IMG/VR virus record: IMGVR_UViG_3300020045_004291
Span: 1 to 64,000 of that record
Source of the DNA: a virus
Strand: one strand, 5' to 3'
Length of the DNA: 64,000 nt
Shown here: piece by piece, positions 55,416 through 64,000 of the stretch
Layout: every line of letters begins with the position of its first letter
Numbering within the stretch: position 1 is the stretch's first letter
The notes under the pieces: model-generated
Told to the model about the DNA's origin: nothing
Databases searched by the model: none
The model's input: only the letters and a program-made list of their open reading frames with translations
Program-made: the position numbers and the translations under genes

Positions 55416-57731
55416 TTGCGATAAAACGAACCTTTCCGCCAGTCCGCCAGCAACTTTTGCTTTAAATTCCTCACGAAACGCTAGACCCTCCGAAACCATT
55501 GCGTCAAGCTCTTTTTTTATGTCTTCGCGTTTGTATTTACGCAGCCTGTTAGCGATCACGCCGAGGGTTTCTCCGTCCCCATCGATCACATTTGCGATCT
55601 TTGAACGAAGCGCGAGCTTTGGTGCGTCCTTAACGCGGTCATTAGAGGTCACAAGGCGGGCCTTGTCGTCAATGTCGCGTCTGACCAAGGCAAAGGCCCA
55701 ACGGACATGTTCAACCGTCCTACGGCCTTCAGGGACGGCAAGAATTAGGCTTACCTTACTCACTAGCTCATATGCCCCCAGATACAGCGCCTCAAGCCCC
55801 GTACGCGCCTTGTGGTCAACCGCCTGATCCTCAAACCAGTCTAAGGCGTCGTCCATCATGTCAGCCGCCCTGGTGTCCGTTGGAATGACGTTCAGGTCGC
55901 CATAGTGTTCAACGCGACCTGAACCCTCCATATCGTAATCTCCGCCCGTGTATAACTGGCAGAATGTTACAGCCATGGCCGACGACATAGGAACCCGCGT
56001 GAACCCCCTTTTAGACCGCGGAGCGGTTTCACGTTCCTGAAAGATCAGTGCGCGCCCTATGAAGCCATTGGCCGCAGACTGATAATCAACAAGATCGTCA
56101 AATGTAACTGGCGTTGTAAACCCCATGAGAGACAAAAAAGGACGTTCCAAGCCACGATCTAAGCCCGCAAGTGTTTTTTGCACCTGCGTGATTCTTTGTT
56201 TCCCCCAGCTTGGGAGGTCGCCGGAATCATCTTGTTTGTTCAGTGCCGACAATTCCTTGATTTGTTGCGCCCTGATATCCTCCTTCATGTCGCCGGTGAG
56301 CAACATAAACCCGGACGCTTTGGAGTATGCAGACATTAACATCCCGATGACGCCATCGAGATAAGCAGCGCCGCCCTTTTGTTGAGCATTCTTAACTTTG
56401 TTTAGGAATATACCCACCTCATCTATGAGGTAAAACGCGGCTTGGTTGCGGACAAGGTTTTTAACTATCTCCTGTTCTGACTTGATAGCGCCGTGTGTGG
56501 CGGGTGCACAGCCAGCCGCCCTGTGTATTTCAGATACCGCCTGTTGTATGGCCTCCTTGCCGGTGCGGGAGCCAGCAACGCAGAAGCTGAAAAGGTTGGT
56601 TGTCACGCCGTCCCTGTCATCCGTGTAGCGCAGGCCAGAGATGTTACCCACAGCCATAAGTGCAGCCGCCGCAGAAAGCTTGCGCCGTGGTCTGCGAGAC
56701 TGGTTTTCGATCCACTCTGCAACCTTGCCGACAAAGCCCGGAGGACAAGACAAATCAACGCCGGAAAGATCAAATGGTAAGCCGTCTTTGCGGGCCTCAA
56801 CCGGTTCGCTAAAATCAAACTCAGCGCCGCCCGTGAATGTAACCGGCATTACCCAGCCGCCTGCCTCAGCATAGTGCACCAATGTGCCAAGCGTTACGGG
56901 ATTAGCCGACCGACCGAAGCTGTGCCATTTATAAACCATTACGCCGTCGTCGTGCTTGCTGGACTGTGAAGACCAATGATCCCACAATTCAAAGCCGGTG
57001 CCGCCTGTGGCGTGGTGTATGGCCATGCCGATTCTAATCCACGTCTCATAGTCAAGGTCATCATTTTTAAAGTATGAGAGCATCTCAGCAAGGTCAGCGT
57101 GCGACACGTCAACCGCCTGCCCGTCATAGTCTGCCCTGTGGCGGTCTGGGCGACGAAGGAGGTCTATAAGCCCCTGTGGTGCATCCTCGACATCGTCAGG
57201 GCCACCAACACCTATTTCGTAGTAATTGCCGCTTACATGTTTAGAGCCTGGGCCGATAACAAAGCCGTTTGCCTTGAAATCAATCCCCGGCAATTCTGGC
57301 ATATGCTGCACAAGTGAAACGCCGTCAGGAGCGCGGAAATACAAGTGCCGCGAACCACCACCAGAGCCGGTCTTAACGATCATGCCAGCCCCTGATATCT
57401 GGGGAACCATGTCGCAAAGCTTGGCAAACGATTCAACGCCACCGTTGCGCGCGTCAACGTCAACGACCAGCAACCCGTTGCAGAGCACACCGAAGCCGTT
57501 TTCAAATTGGTCATACTCGACCATGTTATCTATTTGCTCATCATCCCAAAGCGGCGTGTGTTGCCAGTTGGACGCCACAGGGTGTTTAAAGTACGCCGTG
57601 CACGATGGATTTCCACATTCGCACATTATTCCCGATTTAGTTTTGCGCGCACCCTGAATCGGGAAAACCCTATAACCGGCCTGCCAAAACTCATAAGCAT
57701 ACCGTGCCGCTAAACCCTTATCTTTAGTCAT
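55410..57731 (-). CDS. Primase-polymerase/helicase (copy B)
   Basis: Homolog of 15906-18224 with a diverged PriCT-2 patch. Confidence 0.85.
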   Translation of the reverse strand: MTKDKGLAARYAYEFWQAGYRVFPIQGARKTKSGIMCECGNPSCTAYFKHPVASNWQHTPLWDDEQIDNMVEYDQFENGFGVLCNGLLVVDVDARNGGVESFAKLCDMVPQISGAGMIVKTGSGGGSRHLYFRAPDGVSLVQHMPELPGIDFKANGFVIGPGSKHVSGNYYEIGVGGPDDVEDAPQGLIDLLRRPDRHRADYDGQAVDVSHADLAEMLSYFKNDDLDYETWIRIGMAIHHATGGTGFELWDHWSSQSSKHDDGVMVYKWHSFGRSANPVTLGTLVHYAEAGGWVMPVTFTGGAEFDFSEPVEARKDGLPFDLSGVDLSCPPGFVGKVAEWIENQSRRPRRKLSAAAALMAVGNISGLRYTDDRDGVTTNLFSFCVAGSRTGKEAIQQAVSEIHRAAGCAPATHGAIKSEQEIVKNLVRNQAAFYLIDEVGIFLNKVKNAQQKGGAAYLDGVIGMLMSAYSKASGFMLLTGDMKEDIRAQQIKELSALNKQDDSGDLPSWGKQRITQVQKTLAGLDRGLERPFLSLMGFTTPVTFDDLVDYQSAANGFIGRALIFQERETAPRSKRGFTRVPMSSAMAVTFCQLYTGGDYDMEGSGRVEHYGDLNVIPTDTRAADMMDDALDWFEDQAVDHKARTGLEALYLGAYELVSKVSLILAVPEGRRTVEHVRWAFALVRRDIDDKARLVTSNDRVKDAPKLALRSKIANVIDGDGETLGVIANRLRKYKREDIKKELDAMVSEGLAFREEFKAKVAGGLAERFVLSQG

Positions 57732-57734
57732 TGT

Positions 57735-57905
57735 TTAAGCCTTAAAGTAATCTGACAACGCTTTCAAAACAGCATAGGAGGGATTGGCGCGCTCTCCGCT
57801 GTCCCTTATCGCCGTAATAGTGTTGCGGTGTATGCCGGTTGCTTCTGAAATCATGCTTATACGCCGATCCTTAAGCAAGGCTTGCAATTCATCAAGGGTT
57901 AACAT
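57735..57905 (-). CDS. Cro-like HTH regulator (allele B)
   Basis: ISEATGIHRNTITAIR...NPSYAVLKALSDYF. Confidence 0.75.
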   Translation of the reverse strand: MLTLDELQALLKDRRISMISEATGIHRNTITAIRDSGERANPSYAVLKALSDYFKA

Positions 57906-57909
57906 TTTG

Positions 57910-57964
57910 AACCTCACAATATCGAAAATAGTGTCTTGACAGTGCAATATCGTGAGGTTAATGT
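57910..57964 (+). promoter_or_regulatory. Divergent promoter/operator (allele B)
   Basis: TTGACA-N17-TAATGT; AACCTCACAATAT...ATATCGTGAGGTT inverted repeat (12/13 match). Confidence 0.55.
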
Positions 57965-58000
57965 CAAGTCGTAGAGCAGTCGAAAAGGAGATTTTCTCTC

Positions 58001-58831
58001 ATGAGTATTTTAACCGCAGCCAAGCCCCCGGTTCGGGAGCCGCTGATAATGACAATATGCGGAACGCCGGGGACTGGTAAAACCAGCCTTGCGGCAACCC
58101 TGCCAGGGCCTGTGTTCCTGATCCAGACGCAGGGCGAAAAGGTGCCTCGCGACATCCCGCGCGATCAGGTGCCGGTGTCGTTGGGTGAGACAAATTCACC
58201 TGAAAAGCTTTGGGAGCAATTACTTGCCTTGGGGCAAGATGATCACGGCTACAAGACGGTCATCATCGATAGCGTGACCGGTCTTGAGACCATGTTCATT
58301 GAGGATATCCTGAAAAGCGACCCGAAGGCCAAGGCGATCAATACAGCGCTTGGCGGGTATGGTGCAGGGCGTGCAGCGGTGGCGACACAGCACAACCGCG
58401 TGCGCAACATCGTTGAGAAAATTCGCAGACGCGGAATCAACGTGGTGTTTATTGCGCATTCTGACGTTGTGCGGATTGAACCGCCTGACTCGGATTCGTT
58501 TACGCAATACAGCTTGCGACTACATGAAAAATCCATGGCTCCTTATGTGGACTCTGTGGATGTTGTGGGATTCATTAAGCAATCAACCGTGCTTGTGGGT
58601 AAGGACGACGAGCGCAAGCGGGCTGTGACTTCTGACGACCGCGTATTGCTGGTGCACCTTACGCCTGTGGCGGTCAGCAAGAACCGCCTTGGCATTACAG
58701 AGCCGCTAGACCTTGAGCGGGGTAAGAACCCGTTTGAGCAGTGGACGACGCCAAAAACGCGCGCTAAGGCGCAACCGGTTGCCGTTGAAGCGCCAGCCGA
58801 ACCCGAAACCGTAAACGAGGACGCAAACTAA
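58001..58831 (+). CDS. Sak4-like ATPase (copy B)
   Basis: Same protein as 18499-19329. Confidence 0.8.
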   Translation: MSILTAAKPPVREPLIMTICGTPGTGKTSLAATLPGPVFLIQTQGEKVPRDIPRDQVPVSLGETNSPEKLWEQLLALGQDDHGYKTVIIDSVTGLETMFIEDILKSDPKAKAINTALGGYGAGRAAVATQHNRVRNIVEKIRRRGINVVFIAHSDVVRIEPPDSDSFTQYSLRLHEKSMAPYVDSVDVVGFIKQSTVLVGKDDERKRAVTSDDRVLLVHLTPVAVSKNRLGITEPLDLERGKNPFEQWTTPKTRAKAQPVAVEAPAEPETVNEDAN

Positions 58832-59406
58832 TGTCATTCTGGCAATTATCAGATGGTGGGTCAGCCACCGAAACCGGCGCAGCCTATGAAATTGAGGGTG
58901 GCAGCATTACGCCTATCCCTGACGATACATCGCTTTTGGCCATGATCGACGAAGCAAACTGGAAAACAACTCAGGGCGGGGATGAATATATCAATCTGCG
59001 CTGGACGGTTGTTACACCGGATGAATACAAAAACCGCAAAATCTTTCAAAAGCTTTGGGTGACCGATGACGACCCAAACGCAAAGGATGCGGGTAAAAAG
59101 CGCGACAAAGCCCGCCGTATGCTGGCGGCGATCGACGCGAACGCAGGCGGTAAACTCTCGCAGAAAGCGGGCAAACCAAGTGACGACGATCTAGCGCGGG
59201 CATTGACGCAAAAGCTTATGACCATCAAGGTTAAGTCGTGGTCAATGGATGACAACCAAAACCCCGGCGCAAAGATCGAGGGCAATTGGATTTGTGCCGT
59301 CAGCGCTAAAAGCAAGGTGGCGTCACCAGTAAAGGCCGAAACGCCCAAGCCTGCACCCGTTCAAGATTTTGATGACAGTCTTGAAGGTGACGATATCCCT
59401 TTTTAA
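58831..59406 (+). CDS. SSB (copy B)
   Basis: Homolog of 19329-19904. Confidence 0.75.
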   Translation: MSFWQLSDGGSATETGAAYEIEGGSITPIPDDTSLLAMIDEANWKTTQGGDEYINLRWTVVTPDEYKNRKIFQKLWVTDDDPNAKDAGKKRDKARRMLAAIDANAGGKLSQKAGKPSDDDLARALTQKLMTIKVKSWSMDDNQNPGAKIEGNWICAVSAKSKVASPVKAETPKPAPVQDFDDSLEGDDIPF

Positions 59407-59556
59407 GACTGAGTAAGGTTTGCTCTTGTGGTCGCGGATACCGTTCTAACTATGACGGTCTCTGCGGCCATTGCAGAACGCAAAAAGAGCATAAGACCCA
59501 CTTATTCAAGTTAAATAAGGGTCTTTATGAAATGAAAGAGATTGAGGGGTATTTTT

Positions 59557-60432
59557 ATGGAACAGCGTACAGAAGCTTGGCACTCAGCAAGGCGAGGCCG
59601 CATAACCGCAAGCGCGGTAGGTGGGATACTTAATCACGCGCCATATGCCACAAGGGCCGATATTATGCGCCGCATGGTGCGCGACTATCACGGGGCGGAA
59701 TCAGAGTTTACCGGCAATGTAGCCACAGAATATGGCACATACAACGAGGCTGGGGCCTTGATTGATTATCGCATGGAAACCGGGAACGCGGTTGAGGCCG
59801 TGGGATTTATCACAAAAGACGACTGGGCTGGGTGCTCACCAGATGGATTGATTGGTCTTACCGGCGGGCTTGAAATTAAGTGCCCCTATAGCTTGCGGAA
59901 AATGACGCCTGAGGATTCGTTTAAGACCATTGAGGATCAGCCGCATTACTACGATCAAGTGCAATTTAGCCTTTGGGTCTGTGAGCGCGCATGGTGGGAT
60001 TTTTTTCAATGGGCACCTATGGGTTACACAAAAACAGACCGCATATTGCCAGACAGCAAATGGCGCGCAAAGAACCTTCCAAAGCTTAAGGCTTTTTACG
60101 ACGAATATTTGATTGAGCGCGAAAAGCCGAACGCGCAAAAACACCTTGACGGAAAACGCGTTGAAATCGACACGCCGTCTGTTCAAATGATGTTGTCGGA
60201 ATATGACGACCTTGTCGAAGCTATAGAGCAGGCGCAGGAGCGTAAAAAGGAAATCCTTGCCGAACTGGTAAAGCAAGCAGGCGATAAGAACGCCATGGTT
60301 TGCGGGCGAAACCTTACAAAAGTTGAGAAGGAGGGCGCTGTATCATACGCCAAGGCAATTAAGGCGTTATTGCCAAACGCTGACCTTGAGCCGTACAGGG
60401 GCGCGCCGTCCTCCCACTGGTTGTTAAAATGA
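59557..60432 (+). CDS. YqaJ exonuclease (copy B)
   Basis: Homolog of 19963-20838. Confidence 0.85.
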   Translation: MEQRTEAWHSARRGRITASAVGGILNHAPYATRADIMRRMVRDYHGAESEFTGNVATEYGTYNEAGALIDYRMETGNAVEAVGFITKDDWAGCSPDGLIGLTGGLEIKCPYSLRKMTPEDSFKTIEDQPHYYDQVQFSLWVCERAWWDFFQWAPMGYTKTDRILPDSKWRAKNLPKLKAFYDEYLIEREKPNAQKHLDGKRVEIDTPSVQMMLSEYDDLVEAIEQAQERKKEILAELVKQAGDKNAMVCGRNLTKVEKEGAVSYAKAIKALLPNADLEPYRGAPSSHWLLK

Positions 60433-62294
60433 TACTGAGACCATATCAGGAAGCCGCGACGAAGGCCGCGAAACTGTGGCTTAAGTCCAGCACAGACCCG
60501 TGTCTGATCGACGCAGCCCCCGCCGCAGGCAAAAGTTTTATGGTTGCCGACCTTGCCCGCTGGCTGCGCAAGGTGAGCGGTGGAAGGCGGGTTTTGTGCT
60601 TGCAGCCAAACGCAAAGCTTGTTGTTCAAAATCTCGAAAAGTTTTTGATGACGGGCGAATCTTCGTCTGTGTTTTCTGCAAGCGCTGGCACTAAATCAAC
60701 AAAAAACGGGGTTGTTTTTGCGACCCCTGGCACGGTGAAAAATAGCATAAGCCGTTTTTGCAGGTCTGGGCAGGATGGTTATTGCGGCGTCATCATCGAC
60801 GAAGCGCACGAACTAACGCCAACCATATTAAGCATCATTGACGCTATGAGGGCCGCTAACCCTAATTTGCGAGTAATCGGGCTGACTGGCACACCGCACC
60901 GGATGGGAACCGGCTATATTTTCCGCATGTGGCCAGACGGTAGGTCAAACACAGATCAGCAAACGCGTGAACCATATTTCATGAAATGCGTTTATCGTGT
61001 TTCGGCGCGTGAGATGCTGGATCAGGAGTTTATCACACCAATGGAGGTTTGCGGAATCAACGCCGCAGCCTATGACGCGGACGGCATAAGATTACTGCCT
61101 AATGGCACGGCGAACCATAGCGACATTGAGCGCGCATTTGTGGCCCATGGCCGCAAAACGTCTGCAATCGTTGGCGATGTAATTCGCCAGTCTAACGAGC
61201 GCGGCGTTAAAGGCGGGATCATGTATTTTGCTGCAACCGTGCAGCACGCCCATGAAATACTTGCCAGCCTGCCACCAGAGAATAGCGCTCTGTCAGCAGG
61301 CGACGAAGGAATCTTGAGGGGCAGACCAGCCACTGACAAAGAGATTGTCAAATCTTACCGCGATGGAAAGATTAAGCATCTGGTCTCTGTGGGTAAATAC
61401 ACCACAGGGTTTGACGTAAGCCATACAGAGATTATAGCGCTTTTGCGGTTTACTGAAAGCGCCTCGCTATTGATACAGATACTTGGCAGGGCGTGGCGAT
61501 TACATCCTGAAAAGCCCGTGTCGTTTCTTTTGGATTACGCCGGAAACGTAAACCGACACTTTCCAGACGGTGATATATATAACCCTGAAATACGCGCTAA
61601 AAGCGCCAAAAGCGGAGGCGCGCCAATAAAAGCGCACTGCCCGTCCTGTAACGCTGAAAACGAGTTTGGAATCAGGCCAGAGGTTGCGGAAGCTGGCTAC
61701 CAGATAGACCAAAATGGATATTGTTTGGACCTTGAGGGCGAGCGTGTAGAAACCGACTTTGGCCCAATGCCTGCACATTTTGGACGCCGTTGCTTTGGAA
61801 TGATCCAAACGAAAAACGCCGGAAAATATGACAGGTGTAATTATAGATGGACAAGTAAACCATGTCCCGCCTGCGACGAACCAAACGACATCGCGGCGAG
61901 ATATTGCATAAGCTGCAAGTCCGAAATTGTAGACCCAAACGAAAAGCTTTCGTCGGACTTTAAGGCCCATAAAAAAGACCCGACAAGATTACAGACAGAC
62001 GAGGTGGTAAGCATGGTTTGCCGCGAAGGTGTGAGCCAAAGGGGTAACAAAACCCTAAGGGCCGACTTTGTGACGCCGTACAGGTCTTTTAGCGTTTGGC
62101 TTCAACCTGAGGCAACGAGCACTAAAGGATGGTATCAATGGGACTTGTTTGTGCGCAACTGTGGCGCAAATGGTGAAACGGTTCCGCAAAGCATCACATA
62201 CAGAAAAGACGCCGCATCAGGTTTTTACCAGATCGAGGCGTACAACAGGCAAATAGATATGTTGCCAGAGAGGGTTTTAAATGCGGCTGAGTGA
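60429..62294 (+). CDS. SF2 helicase (copy B)
   Basis: Homolog of 20835-22700. Confidence 0.85.
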   Translation: MILRPYQEAATKAAKLWLKSSTDPCLIDAAPAAGKSFMVADLARWLRKVSGGRRVLCLQPNAKLVVQNLEKFLMTGESSSVFSASAGTKSTKNGVVFATPGTVKNSISRFCRSGQDGYCGVIIDEAHELTPTILSIIDAMRAANPNLRVIGLTGTPHRMGTGYIFRMWPDGRSNTDQQTREPYFMKCVYRVSAREMLDQEFITPMEVCGINAAAYDADGIRLLPNGTANHSDIERAFVAHGRKTSAIVGDVIRQSNERGVKGGIMYFAATVQHAHEILASLPPENSALSAGDEGILRGRPATDKEIVKSYRDGKIKHLVSVGKYTTGFDVSHTEIIALLRFTESASLLIQILGRAWRLHPEKPVSFLLDYAGNVNRHFPDGDIYNPEIRAKSAKSGGAPIKAHCPSCNAENEFGIRPEVAEAGYQIDQNGYCLDLEGERVETDFGPMPAHFGRRCFGMIQTKNAGKYDRCNYRWTSKPCPACDEPNDIAARYCISCKSEIVDPNEKLSSDFKAHKKDPTRLQTDEVVSMVCREGVSQRGNKTLRADFVTPYRSFSVWLQPEATSTKGWYQWDLFVRNCGANGETVPQSITYRKDAASGFYQIEAYNRQIDMLPERVLNAAE

Positions 62295-62703
62295 CATTCC
62301 ACATGGCATAAAGATTTACGGCAACACCGCATTCCGTGGTGAATGCCCAAAAGAAAGCCTTGAGCAAGTGACTTTTTTTAACAAGCTTCGCAAAGCGCAC
62401 CCAACAACCTGGGGGCTATTGGCCCTACACCCGCGCAACGAGCAACAGCTAAAAGGCGGCCAACATGGGGCATTTGTTAAGCAAAAGGCAGAAGGGTTAA
62501 CGCCTGGGGCTTCCGATATAATAATCCCGGCCCGCGTTTCATTTGTGTGCGAGTTAAAGCGAAAAGATCACACCTTAAGCAAGTGGCAAGACGGACAAAA
62601 AGAATATCTTTTTGCCGCATCCAACGCTGGGGCTTTTGCTTGCGTAGCATTTGGCCATGAAGGCGCGTGGTCAGCTTTTGAGGATTGGTTAAGTGGACAA
62701 TAA
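62281..62703 (+). CDS. VRR-NUC nuclease (copy B)
   Basis: Homolog of 22687-23109. Confidence 0.75.
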   Translation: MRLSDIPHGIKIYGNTAFRGECPKESLEQVTFFNKLRKAHPTTWGLLALHPRNEQQLKGGQHGAFVKQKAEGLTPGASDIIIPARVSFVCELKRKDHTLSKWQDGQKEYLFAASNAGAFACVAFGHEGAWSAFEDWLSGQ

Positions 62704-63007
62704 GGCAATAGCTGAAAAGATATTTTGCGCACCATCGGAAAGGGCGCAAAAAAGACTGTTTGCGGACGTGCCGGAATCGCAAAGGCCGTATGTGTTGTGC
62801 GAGCTTAGGGAGCTATCAGGAAGCCCGCACGCCATACGTAATGGAATGACGCTACTGGCAACAGACGACACATCAGACGGGCTTAAAGACGCCAAAGCGT
62901 GGATAAAACAAAAAGGCCTGACATCCGCAGACATCAGGCTTTTTAAAAGTGGTGGCCTCCTTGTGATTGAGGCTGTCAGGGACGACGCTCTAAACCCCCA
63001 GCGTTGA
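62693..63007 (+). CDS. Hypothetical protein (copy B)
   Basis: Homolog of 23099-23413. Confidence 0.6.
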   Translation: MDNKAIAEKIFCAPSERAQKRLFADVPESQRPYVLCELRELSGSPHAIRNGMTLLATDDTSDGLKDAKAWIKQKGLTSADIRLFKSGGLLVIEAVRDDALNPQR

Positions 63008-63150
63008 AAACATCGCAGCGCCCTTAATCGCGTGGTTCAAGCCCTTAGCGCGCACATTGCGATGAAAGATGAAACACTGACAGCCTGACAGATAATAAAC
63101 GTCATACGCCGCCAGATGGCCGATCCAGTGTTGCTTGACCTTTACGGGCT

Positions 63151-63519
63151 TCATTCCGCCGCCTCCCTCATTATTCTTGTGGCGCGCGGCGTGTTTCTTT
63201 CCAGCTTGGCGACCATTGGCTTTTCTGTAAGATAAATAATATCGCGTCCCAGTTTCACCCTGTCAAACTCTTCAATTCGGCGGCACCCGTAAATTACCGC
63301 CGTGTGATCCCTGTTGCAGTACTCGCCTATTTTTTCGTAACTCCACCCCAATTCTCGCAAATCACGCATGACGCGGAATCTTGCAAAGGCAATTTTTGCG
63401 GTTCGCTCTTTATTTTCAAATTCTGCAACGCTGATACCGTATTTTTGGCAATACTCAGCGACAATCTGATTACGGCGGTGGAATCCCACCATTTCCTTTT
63501 TGTGAAATGACTGCATCAC
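63151..63519 (-). CDS. DnaA-C-like HTH protein (copy B)
   Basis: Homolog of 23557-23925. Confidence 0.75.
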   Translation of the reverse strand: MMQSFHKKEMVGFHRRNQIVAEYCQKYGISVAEFENKERTAKIAFARFRVMRDLRELGWSYEKIGEYCNRDHTAVIYGCRRIEEFDRVKLGRDIIYLTEKPMVAKLERNTPRATRIMREAAE

Positions 63520-64000
63520 CGCCCCGCATATCTGCGCAGATCGTGCGCAAGGCGTTTAACATTGATAGTATCGCGCACATATAACGCCCTATGGTGCGGG
63601 CAATATGAAGAGCCAGGATCAACCCTGTGACCGCAATAAACCGCCTCGTTATGCTCGTTGCGACCCTCAACTGATTTGCATTGAAAGCGCCCAATCTGCA
63701 CAAGGTTTTCACCCGTGGCAATGGGCAGATACGACAGGTCAGGCGTTTTAATTAGGGTGGACGCATCCCTGACACCGTGCAAAGACTTAGTTGTAGGACT
63801 AGGCTTTGGCTTATCCTTTTCTTTCACCTTTGCCTTACCCAAAATGGACGGCAATTGCTGCAATCTTTTTGACCCAAAAGCTGGAAACGAATGACCCTGT
63901 TGTTTTAGGCGATCAACCACACCGGCGACAGTGGATCGTGTCAGGTTGGTCTCAAATTTTTCATGGAACAAAACCATGACCTCATTGTAGCTTTTACCGG
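63516..64000 (-). CDS. gcrA: GcrA family regulator (copy B, 5' end beyond the window)
   Basis: Homolog of 23922-24689. Confidence 0.7.
   Translation of the reverse strand, partial: GKSYNEVMVLFHEKFETNLTRSTVAGVVDRLKQQGHSFPAFGSKRLQQLPSILGKAKVKEKDKPKPSPTTKSLHGVRDASTLIKTPDLSYLPIATGENLVQIGRFQCKSVEGRNEHNEAVYCGHRVDPGSSYCPHHRALYVRDTINVKRLAHDLRRYAGR

Larger units (their letters stand above)
39264..64000. mobile_element. Phage genome unit B (diverged second copy, truncated by window end)
   Basis: Colinear with 1-~24410 and proteins nearly identical, apart from several swapped modules. Confidence 0.9.

Noticed and set aside
1-64000. Integrase, att sites, tRNA, CRISPR array, or reverse transcriptase/DGR
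   Set aside because: No recombinase or RT motifs, cloverleafs or spaced repeats were seen, and A/B differences are not adenine-specific.
39264-64000. Simple assembly over-circularisation or terminal redundancy
   Set aside because: The copies differ by codon-patterned substitutions and whole gene swaps, which sequencing error or terminal repeats cannot produce. A two-strain chimera remains possible.

Overview
The window is entirely phage DNA, with no host genes. It holds about 1.6 copies of a ~39.3 kb podovirus-like genome in a seamless head-to-tail tandem: position 1 corresponds to 39264, an offset of 39,263 bp. A GcrA-family gene points to an alphaproteobacterial host. The two copies are closely related but not identical. 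They carry scattered, mostly synonymous substitutions and several cleanly swapped modules: large terminase plus the small-terminase C-terminus, a Cro-like regulator with its operator, the early accessory cargo, an HNH-AP2 endonuclease insertion, a primase PriCT-2 patch and a post-SSB hairpin element. One unit encodes virion genes (portal, scaffold, major capsid, adaptor, tail nozzle, ejection proteins, two receptor-binding/depolymerase proteins), a lysis cassette plus a second oppositely oriented lysozyme, and a replication/recombination block (primase-polymerase next to an iteron-bearing AT-rich origin, Sak4, SSB, YqaJ exonuclease, SF2 helicase, VRR-NUC). It also has GcrA and DnaA-C-like regulators and a ~340 nt highly structured, terminator-ended non-coding region (28570-28912) that looks like an unannotated ncRNA. 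I found no integrase, att site, tRNA or CRISPR array. All family calls are from motif recognition by eye, not database searches.
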